Virus record (IMG/VR): IMGVR_UViG_3300036863_000086
Location: 1-64,000 of that record
Length of the DNA stretch: 64,000 nt
DNA from: a virus
Reading direction: 5' to 3' (one strand)
Shown: positions 1 through 9,342 of the stretch, in pieces
How the letters are laid out: each line of letters opens with the position of its first letter
How positions within the stretch are numbered: the first letter of the stretch is position 1
Program-made: the position numbers and the translations under genes
The notes under the pieces: model-generated
Seen by the model: only the letters and a program-made list of their open reading frames with translations
Databases searched by the model: none
Told to the model about the DNA's origin: nothing

Positions 1-54
1 CTGGCCTAAACTTGAAGTCAAGACCATCAAAGCATTCTCCACTGAGGAGTCAAC

Positions 55-933
55 ATGACGAACGATAGCGCCATAAAGGCCCAAGATGTAGACGGCAACG
101 AATTGGCGGTCGAATGGATTCTTGTTGACCTAGACACGGCGCAGGAGCTATTAAAGAGCGCAAATCAAGACAGGAACCGTGCCGAAGACAAAACCAGGGT
201 GGAAGTGTACAGCGGCGGCATGCTTCGCAATGAATGGTCCTGGTTGGGAATGCTGATTTTCGACCTCAACAACCAGCGAATTGACGGGTATCACCGCCTC
301 ACTGCGTTTGTCCGAGCAGCAACGGATAAGCCAGAATTAACATTGCAAGCGCTGATTGTGCGTGGATTGCCAGAGCGCGCAATCAAGTATATCGATGTTG
401 GTAAAACACGAACTCTCAAGGACTGGTTGGAAATACGCGGTGAGCCCAAGGCAGTCGCCGGGACGCTAGGAGCTGCCTTAACAACGCTTTGGGCACTCAA
501 ATCAACCGTCGAGCAGAATGGTAACTTCCGTTCACTGCGCCCGACAAGAGACCAAACCGATCATCTGCTGGATGAAAACCCGGAAATTCGCGATAGTATT
601 TTGGTCGCGAAGAGCATCCGAAAGCGCGTTCCACTTATGCCAGGGCCAGGAGCAGCACTACATTACTACCTGGGGACACTCGACAGGCATAGGACAAACG
701 AATTCTTTGATCAATTGGCAAACGGCGTCGAAGACGATGCAGCACCATCTGAAGTTCTTGCACAGTATCTTCAAAAACTTCGTGGTAAGAAAACCACGAG
801 AGAAGAGGTCTGCGCATCTGTCATCAACGCCTGGAATCTTGCTGTCCGTGGTGTAGACGGAACCAAGAGAAGCATTGAGTGGTCGGCCACAGGCGGGAAG
901 CCATTCCCAAAGCCAACACTTCCACAACAATAA
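55..933 (+). CDS. ParB/Srx-like N-terminal domain protein (DGxHR family)
   Basis: Pattern N..NR...Y...M....W...G.LIFD....IDGYHRL.A...IVRG......ID.G..R; GAGGAG RBS upstream. Confidence 0.65.
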   Translation: MTNDSAIKAQDVDGNELAVEWILVDLDTAQELLKSANQDRNRAEDKTRVEVYSGGMLRNEWSWLGMLIFDLNNQRIDGYHRLTAFVRAATDKPELTLQALIVRGLPERAIKYIDVGKTRTLKDWLEIRGEPKAVAGTLGAALTTLWALKSTVEQNGNFRSLRPTRDQTDHLLDENPEIRDSILVAKSIRKRVPLMPGPGAALHYYLGTLDRHRTNEFFDQLANGVEDDAAPSEVLAQYLQKLRGKKTTREEVCASVINAWNLAVRGVDGTKRSIEWSATGGKPFPKPTLPQQ

Positions 934-956
934 GGCCAAATCGCGGGGGCATTGTG

Positions 957-1439
957 ATGGCAGTGCCCCCGCGCCTTAAGGAAAATGAAGGAGAAAGCTC
1001 ATTGGGAATAAGCAACCAAGATAGGGAAGCAGTGACCCAGCGAGTTAATGAATTGATCGTTCAGATCGAGTCCGTAAAATCATTTGCTGAGTCCATCCGT
1101 TCTTCTATTGCACAACTTCCACAACACCGAGCAGCTCATCAACCAAACGATTCTCCAAGACAGGAGAAAGGCAACGGCAACGTAAGAAACGAAGCACGAG
1201 GAAAAAAGTTCAAGTTCGAACTTACAAGCGCACCACGGTATGGACTTGCCCGCAAGGCAACACAATCATGTATTTATTGTGAAACAACCGGAGATGCCAC
1301 GCAAATCGTCCAAGGGACGCAATGCGTGTTCATTGACGTTAGGAAAATAATTGGTGATTGGGATTTCGTAGGTGCTGCCTGCGAAGAGCACCATGACGAT
1401 CTAGCAAAGATATTCGCAAGCTCAGAACGATTCATTTAA
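957..1439 (+). CDS. hypothetical protein, C-terminal CxxC...CxxH possible Zn finger
   Basis: ORF between ParB-like gene and polymerase; start chosen at ATG 957. Confidence 0.5.
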   Translation: MAVPPRLKENEGESSLGISNQDREAVTQRVNELIVQIESVKSFAESIRSSIAQLPQHRAAHQPNDSPRQEKGNGNVRNEARGKKFKFELTSAPRYGLARKATQSCIYCETTGDATQIVQGTQCVFIDVRKIIGDWDFVGAACEEHHDDLAKIFASSERFI

Positions 1440-1518
1440 ATGACAACGTACTGACTTACTATACACGGCCCACGAGCCCACGATAGTAAATCTGTAGGTT
1501 GCCATTGAAGGGACAACC

Positions 1519-3804
1519 ATGCAGAAGGCTCCCGGCGCGCAATGTGACGAGTGTCCATTGCGCGCCGAACCTTTCGTAGGAACATACGGCCCACTAGACG
1601 CCAAAATCGCTGCAATTGGCGAAGGCCCTGGGCTCCAAGAAGTCGTGTACAAAAAGCCATTCGTCGGAAATTCTGGTAAGCTACTGAAATCAGTCCTGAA
1701 GCACGCTGGGATCGATCCAGAAAAAGAGGTATGGTACACGAATGTCGTCCTCTGCCGACCGCCCGACAATGCAACCCCAACAAAAGAGGCGATTTATTGT
1801 TGCTCGGGGCGGCTTGAAAACGAACTGCAACAAAGGGCACCAGAGAAAATTCTCGCTCTGGGTGGCACTGCCGCAAAAGCGCTGCTTAACACTTCGACTG
1901 GAATCATGGCGCTCCGGCCTGGCCCACCAAGACCGCTGGCTGCGCACAACTGTGAAATTATCCCGACAGTTCACCCGGCAGCATGCCTTCGGAGTGGAGA
2001 CTACTTTCCATTTCTTGTTACCGACATCGGCAAAATCAATTTCGAACCATCAAGCTGGACGCCACCTCGATACCTCGTACCCCACTCGGAAAGGACGGCT
2101 TTATTCGCCATCCGATGGCTCAGCAAATTCAACGAACTCTCAGTAGACATCGAGGTAGCAGTTGAGAAAGACCTGGCATTCGAACACCCATCCAAATACA
2201 GCATTCTCTGCATTGGGATCGCTCCATCAGAGTCTGCTGCGATTGTTCTTCCGAGCAGCGTTCTTTGGTTTCAAACTGTTATTCAAGCTCTTCGAGGGCT
2301 CCTCAAGAAATCGAAGATAATTGCGCAGAACGGGAAGTTCGATATCCCTGGTCTCTCAAGGATCGGGGATTTTGAACTTTACGCAGATACTATGTTAATG
2401 CACTACGCTTCGGATGAGCGTGGTGGAATCCACGGCTTGAAAGTGATGGCTCGTGAGTATCTCGGAGCACCCGACTACAGTGCAAGAATTAAACAATACA
2501 CAAAAGGTTTGGACGGTTTCGCGGGTATACCGCGTGACCTCCTGCATGAATATAATGCCTACGATGCCACACTCACGTTCGGACTATACAGAATTTTTGA
2601 ACGGCAACTACATCATTCAGGTCTGTCCAGTCTGCATGCATTCTTGGTTCAAGCAAGCAATGCCCTAATCCAAGTAGAAACCGAGGGGGTGCTTGTCAAT
2701 GAGGACTATCTGCAAGAACTTGATCGGGACTATCAGGATCGACTTTCGTCACAGGAGAGCGCACTTCAGAAATGGGTACAGAACCCTCGGTCCACTCTTC
2801 AAGTTCGATCCGCTCTCGCTGAACTTGGAGTTGAAACGGCATCAACAGATGTGTCCCATTTGCAGGCTATACACGCATCCATGGGACAATACGAGGGTTC
2901 ACCCGAAGCAGCAGCAGTCAGCGAATTTGTTTCGGCTTTATTAAAATATCGAAAGGACCAGAAGGTACATGGAACCTACATCAAGGGCATCGCCAAAAGG
3001 CTCTACAACGGACGTTGCTATCCTACGTATCTTCTACATGGAACTACCACAGGGCGCCTCTCGTGTAGAAATCCAAACCTTCAGAACATTCCGCGCGGAT
3101 CGGCGATACGCAGACTTTTTGTTGCAAGTCCTGAAAATAGTCTGGTTCAAGCCGATTATAAGCAGGGAGAGCTGCGAGTCATTGCTTGCCTTAGTCGGGA
3201 GCAGTTTCTCGCTGATATTTTCAACGAAAAGCGTGACCTACTCAGCGAAATTGCTCGACGATTCTATGGTCCTAACTTTACAAAAGAGCAGCGAGTAAGA
3301 GCAAAGAACCTCGCGTACGGAAGCTGCTACGGGGCAGAGCCTCTTCGGCTCACAGCATATGAGGGCGTTACCCTTCAAGAAGCTGCTAAGTTTCAATATG
3401 AATTCTTTGAATTCATGCCAAACGTACGACGTTGGCAAGTTGATACACGAGAGCAAGTCTTGAAAGGCAACGACCTCATCACGGCATTCGGGCGCCACCG
3501 ACGGTACACGCTGATCACGAGAGAGAATAAAAAGGATATACTGAATGAATGCCTTGCTTTTGTCCCGCAGAGTACGCTTAGTGATATCTGTTTGTCTAGT
3601 CTTATCCGTCTGGTACATGAGGGGTTTCACCCCCGCATTACTGTCCATGATAGTATTGTGGTTGAGTGCCACAATAGCCAGGTTGCACATACAAGTGAAG
3701 CTCTTTCGCAGATTCTCCCGCAAGTAGCCAAAGAAACTTTCGACGACTATGTTCCATTCCCTGTCGACGTAAAAGCTGGAAGGAGTTGGGGTGACCTTGA
3801 GTGA
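1519..3804 (+). CDS. polA: DNA polymerase family A with N-terminal family-4 uracil-DNA glycosylase domain and 3'-5' exonuclease
   Basis: UDG4 motifs CDECPL, GEGPG, PFVG.SG, TNVVLCRPP, HPA; exo DIE/NGKFD/YNAYD; pol motifs TGRLS..PNLQNIPR, QADYKQGELR, RAKNLAYG..YG, VHDS. Confidence 0.95.
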   Translation: MQKAPGAQCDECPLRAEPFVGTYGPLDAKIAAIGEGPGLQEVVYKKPFVGNSGKLLKSVLKHAGIDPEKEVWYTNVVLCRPPDNATPTKEAIYCCSGRLENELQQRAPEKILALGGTAAKALLNTSTGIMALRPGPPRPLAAHNCEIIPTVHPAACLRSGDYFPFLVTDIGKINFEPSSWTPPRYLVPHSERTALFAIRWLSKFNELSVDIEVAVEKDLAFEHPSKYSILCIGIAPSESAAIVLPSSVLWFQTVIQALRGLLKKSKIIAQNGKFDIPGLSRIGDFELYADTMLMHYASDERGGIHGLKVMAREYLGAPDYSARIKQYTKGLDGFAGIPRDLLHEYNAYDATLTFGLYRIFERQLHHSGLSSLHAFLVQASNALIQVETEGVLVNEDYLQELDRDYQDRLSSQESALQKWVQNPRSTLQVRSALAELGVETASTDVSHLQAIHASMGQYEGSPEAAAVSEFVSALLKYRKDQKVHGTYIKGIAKRLYNGRCYPTYLLHGTTTGRLSCRNPNLQNIPRGSAIRRLFVASPENSLVQADYKQGELRVIACLSREQFLADIFNEKRDLLSEIARRFYGPNFTKEQRVRAKNLAYGSCYGAEPLRLTAYEGVTLQEAAKFQYEFFEFMPNVRRWQVDTREQVLKGNDLITAFGRHRRYTLITRENKKDILNECLAFVPQSTLSDICLSSLIRLVHEGFHPRITVHDSIVVECHNSQVAHTSEALSQILPQVAKETFDDYVPFPVDVKAGRSWGDLE

Positions 3805-4144
3805 CAACGACGCCACGACAGAGTTCCCGCACAATGACAAGACAGAAGTCATCCCACCAGTCGAGGCAATCACGGAAGAAAGCCTAGAACGAATCAGAAG
3901 CTCAGAAGGCTACAAGTACGCACACACCATCGCTGACGACACCGAGATTGTCTTCAAAGGCCGTGCCAGAGAAGACCCTGTGGTCGTAGTGTTTCATGAA
4001 ATTCAAAAAGCAATCACTTCAGCGGACAGGCTCTTCCCACAGGACTTCCCGCATGAGCACCAAATTCATGTGCTCTCGGCGCTCATGATCGCGCGTGCTG
4101 AGATCAGAAACTTTCTGGAACAACAGCACGAAGAGGAAGAATGA
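3791..4144 (+). CDS. hypothetical protein
   Basis: AGGAG RBS, coupled to neighbours. Confidence 0.6.
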   Translation: MTLSDNDATTEFPHNDKTEVIPPVEAITEESLERIRSSEGYKYAHTIADDTEIVFKGRAREDPVVVVFHEIQKAITSADRLFPQDFPHEHQIHVLSALMIARAEIRNFLEQQHEEEE

Positions 4145-4419
4145 GTCGACTTCGAATTCTCCAAGATATTAACCGAGAACGACAGCGGCAGATCGAGCTT
4201 GGAAAATCCGATAATCATCCTGATATCTGGTGGTTTCCAATTCTCAGTTATCAGCTCGGCTTGATCTCTCAACTGATTTCGCAATCCGTCCTCGTACAAG
4301 AGAGCCTAGCAACAATTCCTGGCGGCGACGACGTTGAGATCGACCACGACGCCCTTCGCGTAGGACTTATTCGTCTCTGCGCTGTTGCAATAGCATGGGT
4401 AGAACAGATCGATGAGTGA
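4141..4419 (+). CDS. MazG-like NTP pyrophosphohydrolase fold protein, acidic motifs lost
   Basis: ERQRQ...H...W..IL....G...LR..LI...AVAIAW.E.ID pattern. Confidence 0.5.
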   Translation: MSRLRILQDINRERQRQIELGKSDNHPDIWWFPILSYQLGLISQLISQSVLVQESLATIPGGDDVEIDHDALRVGLIRLCAVAIAWVEQIDE

Positions 4420-4579
4420 CCGGCATCCGACGTGGATGGTTATCGTCCCACAGTGGCACTCGGTCACAACTGGAAAAATAGTTCTCACAAAGAGAATCTT
4501 CAGTAGCCTCAACAACGCACAACGATACATTGCGCACCTCGGACTCGACGACGAATATATACTTGTCGGACTCGATTAA
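4412..4579 (+). CDS. small hypothetical protein (55 aa, MSDRHPTW...)
   Basis: Read manually; fills the gap and overlaps the upstream stop; below the ORF track cutoff. Confidence 0.5.
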   Translation: MSDRHPTWMVIVPQWHSVTTGKIVLTKRIFSSLNNAQRYIAHLGLDDEYILVGLD

Positions 4580-4592
4580 ACGAGGTGCGCAA

Positions 4593-4961
4593 GTGGGAAA
4601 TCGGCCAGGGCTCCCAGAAGGGACGATTAGGGAATGGAACGGGTATAGCACTATCAAGCAAAACGGTGGATGGCGCTATACTCATCACGTGATCGCCGAG
4701 GAACAGATCCTGCATCGGCCACTGAATCATAACGAGCTGGTGTGCTTTCGGGATAATGATCGAACAAACCTCAACCCGTCGAACTTAGAGATAAAGATCA
4801 AGCGTCCAAACCGCATCATGAAGAAGCGTCTTCGACTTCGGCAGCAGATCCGCGAAGCTAAACTAAAACTTGAGAATCTCGAAGCCGAACTTCGGACAAT
4901 CGACGCAATCACCGATCAGTCTCGTAAAGTGCCAACTCAAAGTGCAGAAGTGACTGAGTAG
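4593..4961 (+). CDS. HNH-like (degenerate) domain plus coiled coil
   Basis: NGY...W...H.VIAE...L.RPL...E.V.F.DNDRTNL.PSNL; GAGG RBS before GTG 4593. Confidence 0.6.
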   Translation: MGNRPGLPEGTIREWNGYSTIKQNGGWRYTHHVIAEEQILHRPLNHNELVCFRDNDRTNLNPSNLEIKIKRPNRIMKKRLRLRQQIREAKLKLENLEAELRTIDAITDQSRKVPTQSAEVTE

Positions 4962-5066
4962 ATCCTAGTAAGAGATGCCATCCAAGGGGCAAGCCGTACC
5001 CAGCAAGCTCGACGAAGCGACGACTCGACGATATCCGGTCCCAGCCAGACGGAGGGCATATGGTAA

Positions 5067-5555
5067 TTGAATCAATTTGTGCGACATCGGCCGAAACAAG
5101 CGAGTGACCAAACAAGTGAAATTTCACAACGTTTGATCCTTGGAATCGATCCTGGTAACACCTGCGGTATTGCAGCACGAGAGCCCATGGGCTGGTGGAC
5201 AATCGGGCAAGTGACAACACTAAGTGCCCTGTGGGACGTGTTACAGCGGACAACGCCTGAGATCATTGTTTGCGAACGATTTACCCCACAGCCTAGGCAA
5301 AAGATTGTCGCTACCGCGATAGAATTCATTGGCGTCGCAAAGTTATACAGCGAGCTAAACGACGTGCCCTTTGAACCGCAGACGCCGTCACAAGCAAAAA
5401 ATTTTGTAGGAGACAGGTTGCTTCGTCATAGCGATCTTTGGATCAAAGGAATGCAACACGGCCGAGACGCCATCCGCCACGTGCTTTATTACCAGATAAA
5501 GCACGGCGAAAGTTCCTATATTGAACACCTCAAACCTCAAGGTGAAACCCATTGA
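5067..5555 (+). CDS. RuvC-like Holliday junction resolvase
   Basis: ILGIDPG..CG, IVCERF, QTPSQAK, HGRDAIRH; start uncertain. Confidence 0.8.
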   Translation: MNQFVRHRPKQASDQTSEISQRLILGIDPGNTCGIAAREPMGWWTIGQVTTLSALWDVLQRTTPEIIVCERFTPQPRQKIVATAIEFIGVAKLYSELNDVPFEPQTPSQAKNFVGDRLLRHSDLWIKGMQHGRDAIRHVLYYQIKHGESSYIEHLKPQGETH

Positions 5556-5788
5556 AAGCAATTGTTCGCTGTATTAGCCGCAACGAGTTTATTGAAGAGA
5601 GCGGCAAGGTTAAGCGCACCATCGAGCTTGTCGTGCTCACTGATGCACAAATCGAGATCATCAACGATGAGTCGTTGGAGAACTCGCATTTCGAGCACGA
5701 CTACGACGCACGCTTTCATGTTCTGTGTGACCCGTCACAGTTCGCGTCTGTTGAGCTGACCAAGACATACTCGCTGATTATCGAATGA
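5552..5788 (+). CDS. hypothetical protein
   Basis: Overlapping ORF with AAGG RBS. Confidence 0.55.
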   Translation: MKAIVRCISRNEFIEESGKVKRTIELVVLTDAQIEIINDESLENSHFEHDYDARFHVLCDPSQFASVELTKTYSLIIE

Positions 5789-5919
5789 ACTTCACCGTGG
5801 TTCACGTCGCCTGGCCACCAGCCAGTGCTGAACGGTTTGCCGTAAAATATGTTCGGGCCTCGCCCTGAAGGGACACCACACATGACGGCCATGTGGAAGG
5901 GCAAGGCCCGAACTCATAC

Positions 5920-5992
5920 GCCCGCATAGCTCAGTCGGCAGAGCCCAACTATGGTAAAGTTGAGGTCGTCGGTTCGATTCCGACTGCGGGCT
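5920..5992 (+). tRNA. tRNA-Thr(GGT)
   Basis: Acceptor GCCCGCA/TGCGGGC, anticodon arm CAACT-ATGGTAA-AGTTG, T loop GTTCGATTC. Confidence 0.9.
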
Positions 5993-5996
5993 CAAA

Positions 5997-6194
5997 ATGA
6001 AAACTAACAAATGCTGGTGCTGCAATCGCCCTGACCATATCATTGACTACGATAAATATAACATACGAGTGTTTCTCTGTAAGCAATGTAACGTTGCTTG
6101 GGCACAGCCATCGCCCTTGGCATTCAGCGACCAACTCATTAATGAGTTACTAACATTAAATGCAATTTATACGCTTGATCGTATGCCGGCGTAG
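5997..6194 (+). CDS. small Zn-ribbon protein
   Basis: CWCC...CKQC; 3' end overlaps the next tRNA. Confidence 0.45.
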   Translation: MKTNKCWCCNRPDHIIDYDKYNIRVFLCKQCNVAWAQPSPLAFSDQLINELLTLNAIYTLDRMPA

Positions 6195-6259
6195 CACAAT
6201 CTGGTTACTGCCACCGCCTTGTAAGCGGAAGATTCCCAGTTCGAATCTGGGCGCCGGCT
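6185..6259 (+). tRNA. tRNA-Thr(TGT)
   Basis: Acceptor GCCGGCG/CGCCGGC, loop CTTGTAA, T loop GTTCGAATC. Confidence 0.85.
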
Positions 6260-6481
6260 CTATTTCTTTGCTGGTACAAGCGGCGTGCCATCATTCGCCT
6301 TGGGGTTATTTACTGGTGTGGTAAAGAACCTGTGGACAACAGCGCTAGAGACAACCAGAACGCCAGTTGCAATTTCTGCTGACGTTGTTGGCGAAAGGTC
6401 AAACCCAAAGCGAGTAGCAAGCCCAGTCACAAGAACGAGCACCAGTTGTGTAAGAACTGGGTTATTCTTTACTGTGTTCAT
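6260..6481 (-). CDS. holin-like membrane protein
   Basis: 73 aa, two hydrophobic helices, C-terminal TPV.NP motif. Confidence 0.65.
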   Translation of the reverse strand: MNTVKNNPVLTQLVLVLVTGLATRFGFDLSPTTSAEIATGVLVVSSAVVHRFFTTPVNNPKANDGTPLVPAKK

Positions 6482-6490
6482 TCTAGCCTC

Positions 6491-6829
6491 CTAGACCATA
6501 TACACAACTGCGTTGTTGCTCTCGACAAGTGCAATGTTGAGCGAGTCACCAGTGCCATCCAGCTTATAAATGTCCGCAAGGTACCGACCATACTTCTCGG
6601 TCTTGTCCTTGTATGTACGAATACGAACGGTGTTCGCAAGTGTGTTTGCTGCAAGCCAGTCAATCGTGAATTGCTTTGCGACCTTTCCTGCATCGGTTGA
6701 TAGCTCTGGGCTGTTGATTCCATACAGACGCAGGATCGTTTTGAAGTGAACGCGCATGCCGAGGTCAACGTCGGCATGCACCGTGTCACCGTCGATAACT
6801 GCGGTGACAATTGCTTGATACTCATACAT
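6491..6829 (-). CDS. thermonuclease (SNase-like) family nuclease
   Basis: VIDGDTV, RLYGINSPE, KYGRYLA, SLN..LV. Confidence 0.85.
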   Translation of the reverse strand: MYEYQAIVTAVIDGDTVHADVDLGMRVHFKTILRLYGINSPELSTDAGKVAKQFTIDWLAANTLANTVRIRTYKDKTEKYGRYLADIYKLDGTGDSLNIALVESNNAVVYMV

Positions 6830-6838
6830 GGCAAGCCC

Positions 6839-9163
6839 TTAACTTGGTTGATGTAATTGTCCAAGGTGTTGACCACCAGCGCTAGTACCACTCGACTTGA
6901 GCGCGACGGTCCAGCCAATGCCCAAATAACTCTGCTGATCGGCAGTAGCGACTTGTGTTCCATATGTGCCAATGGCATGCTGAGTTCCATCATCAGTTAC
7001 CGCACCAGAAACGCGGCCGTCTGTGCCAGTACCAAAGCTGCTTGCACGAATAGTATCGCCGGCTGGTGGCGTCCATGAAGCTGTTGCAGCAGTGCCAGGA
7101 TTTGTACGATCAAAGAATGCAGAGACAATGACATCATTAGCGGCAGTTGTCGTAACGTTCGGACTCGTCACGGTTGCTGAATTACTTGTCTTTGTCGAAG
7201 AGTCAAAGATATCGACAATAGCAGGATCGATACCAGAATATGCAACAAGATCAATTGACCCGTGTCCATTAACATCGGTATTCAAATTGACCACTGAGCC
7301 TGGATCTCCAGATGCAGCAGCTTTCTTATAAAGGCGACTTGCAAGCTCACCAGCGCCAGAAGAAAGTAGCCGTGGCGTAAGCGCAATCCATCCTGCTGGA
7401 GCAGTCAATACTGGAGAAACCTGTGCAGGCCCAAGCCATGTATTTCTATCGACCGCTGCGTGAACGATAAAAAGATCAAACGTCTGCGCACTGGTAGCCG
7501 TGATACCAAAAATATAGTTCACTCCAGCGCCAGCGGTCTGTGCAAATGAGGTTGAAGTACCAGAGTCAGTAAGTGTCAATCCATCGAGGTTTGCACCAGA
7601 GTAAAGTCTAACGTCAACGACGTTATTCGTTCCGTCCCAAAGCGTTTTGAACTCCACACGGTGCCAAACGTTTGCTGCTGGCACGCCGCCACCAAGCGTT
7701 AATCTTGTTGCACCACCAGAAACATCACGAACAATAATGTTCCCTGTAGTATCAATGCCTACCCCAAACGTATTCCCGGTTGTTGGGTTTTGCTGAAAGA
7801 TCCTAGTAATTTGCGTCGGCAGTGCGGTTCGATAGAAATAGAACCGACCGTAGTACGGTTGATTTGCAACCTGCGTGCCAAAGCTACTGGTCCAGCTCGT
7901 GCTTGACGATGTCCCTGCTGTCACAGCGTAATGAATGGCTGAGGTTCCGAGATGCGACTGTGCTGTTGAATACGTCGGCGGCTGTGAAACACTCACAGAG
8001 TCCCATGGATTTGAACCAACGGTATTTGAGTTTGCGACAGTAACAGTTGCAGCGTTGGTGCCTTCTCCAGCATTCTTGAGCCCAGTTCGCGTACTCGTGT
8101 GCCACAACAGCATGCCGTCACCAGCTTGTATCGCACTGGGGACCGTGATGGACTGAGCCGCTGAATTGTTAAATCCCTTCGACGTTCCAGCACGAAACAA
8201 TCCCGTCCCCACAGGGGCCGGAACGTCAGACATATCTGGGTTGTAAAACGCATCGGCTGCGAGCGCCTTGTATGCAGTGAGAGCGCTTGCCGAGGTATTG
8301 ATACACTCACCAGTACCAGCGGTTGAACCGAACCACGCAATACCCTTGATTTGCGGGTATGTTGATTTCAGTAACGTCTGCACACGGCTGATATATGTTG
8401 CCTTATTCGTATTAGTACTAACATCTACCTTGCCCCATTCGCCCCAGATCATCGGCATATCGTGGCGGCCAGGTTTCGTGTTTAGCATCCAATCGAGCAT
8501 TGGATACTTCGTGGTGATCACATAGTCTGCTGTATCAGTACTCGACGCATTTCCGTACGGGTCATAGCCGATCCAGTCGATGTAGGCGTCACCAGGGTAC
8601 AGCGTATTCATTCGGCCAATCGTAGTGGTATATCCACTCGGCTTGAATACCCACACCACATTAGTTGCACCTTGTGCCACAAAAACGTCATGCACGTGCC
8701 GCGCAGCAGATGCATACTCAGCGTCGGTGCCATAGGTGCCACCCTGGGCCGTCGAGCTGGCGTTCATCTCATTGTGGAAAACCATTAAGAACTTCTTGCC
8801 AAAGTCACGCATATTCTGCGCAGTAGGAATAACATACGTATTGTCATAGGTTCCTGCTGCAATATCGGCCCATTTGAATTGTGTTGTTGTGCCATAAATT
8901 CTTGGTACCCAATGGATCATTAAGATTCGGCCTTCATTTGCTAAGACTATCTCATCGGCGTTCGGGAACGTGCCAGTGAAATCATTCCAGTCATGGTAAG
9001 AAACGACGTAATTAAGAATGCTATTAGTGCTTGCGGTTCGGCCAACTTGCGTCTCATGATTGCGCAGTCGAGTCAGAAACGACGTGGAGGTATCACAGGT
9101 ATTACCAGGGTAGTATCCGAATAGACACCCAGAGCTTGGAACGAGCTTGTCTGATAGTGTCAT
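6839..9163 (-). CDS. virion/tail protein with N-terminal GH26-like glycoside hydrolase domain and beta-sandwich domains
   Basis: FHNEMN, GATNVVWV, YPGDAYIDWIGYDPY, MIWGEWG. Confidence 0.75.
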   Translation of the reverse strand: MTLSDKLVPSSGCLFGYYPGNTCDTSTSFLTRLRNHETQVGRTASTNSILNYVVSYHDWNDFTGTFPNADEIVLANEGRILMIHWVPRIYGTTTQFKWADIAAGTYDNTYVIPTAQNMRDFGKKFLMVFHNEMNASSTAQGGTYGTDAEYASAARHVHDVFVAQGATNVVWVFKPSGYTTTIGRMNTLYPGDAYIDWIGYDPYGNASSTDTADYVITTKYPMLDWMLNTKPGRHDMPMIWGEWGKVDVSTNTNKATYISRVQTLLKSTYPQIKGIAWFGSTAGTGECINTSASALTAYKALAADAFYNPDMSDVPAPVGTGLFRAGTSKGFNNSAAQSITVPSAIQAGDGMLLWHTSTRTGLKNAGEGTNAATVTVANSNTVGSNPWDSVSVSQPPTYSTAQSHLGTSAIHYAVTAGTSSSTSWTSSFGTQVANQPYYGRFYFYRTALPTQITRIFQQNPTTGNTFGVGIDTTGNIIVRDVSGGATRLTLGGGVPAANVWHRVEFKTLWDGTNNVVDVRLYSGANLDGLTLTDSGTSTSFAQTAGAGVNYIFGITATSAQTFDLFIVHAAVDRNTWLGPAQVSPVLTAPAGWIALTPRLLSSGAGELASRLYKKAAASGDPGSVVNLNTDVNGHGSIDLVAYSGIDPAIVDIFDSSTKTSNSATVTSPNVTTTAANDVIVSAFFDRTNPGTAATASWTPPAGDTIRASSFGTGTDGRVSGAVTDDGTQHAIGTYGTQVATADQQSYLGIGWTVALKSSGTSAGGQHLGQLHQPS

Positions 9164-9342
9164 CCGACGATCTCACTTCCTTGGTTCGGATCACGAAATG
9201 TATCGTCTGTGCGCACCAGAGTAATGCTAGCCAGAAGCGTATCCAAAATCGCCTCACGGTCATTACGGCTCGCTTCAAAACCACCAAGCTGCGAGAACTG
9301 TCGAAGCAGCCGCACGAAGTCCGTTTCAGTCATGGCAGCCAT
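9160..9342 (-). CDS. hypothetical protein
   Basis: Translationally coupled in the tail operon. Confidence 0.5.
   Translation of the reverse strand: MAAMTETDFVRLLRQFSQLGGFEASRNDREAILDTLLASITLVRTDDTFRDPNQGSEIVG

Noticed and set aside
55-933. Functional link between the ParB-like gene and the guide system
   Set aside because: About 43 kb apart with no sequence evidence of linkage
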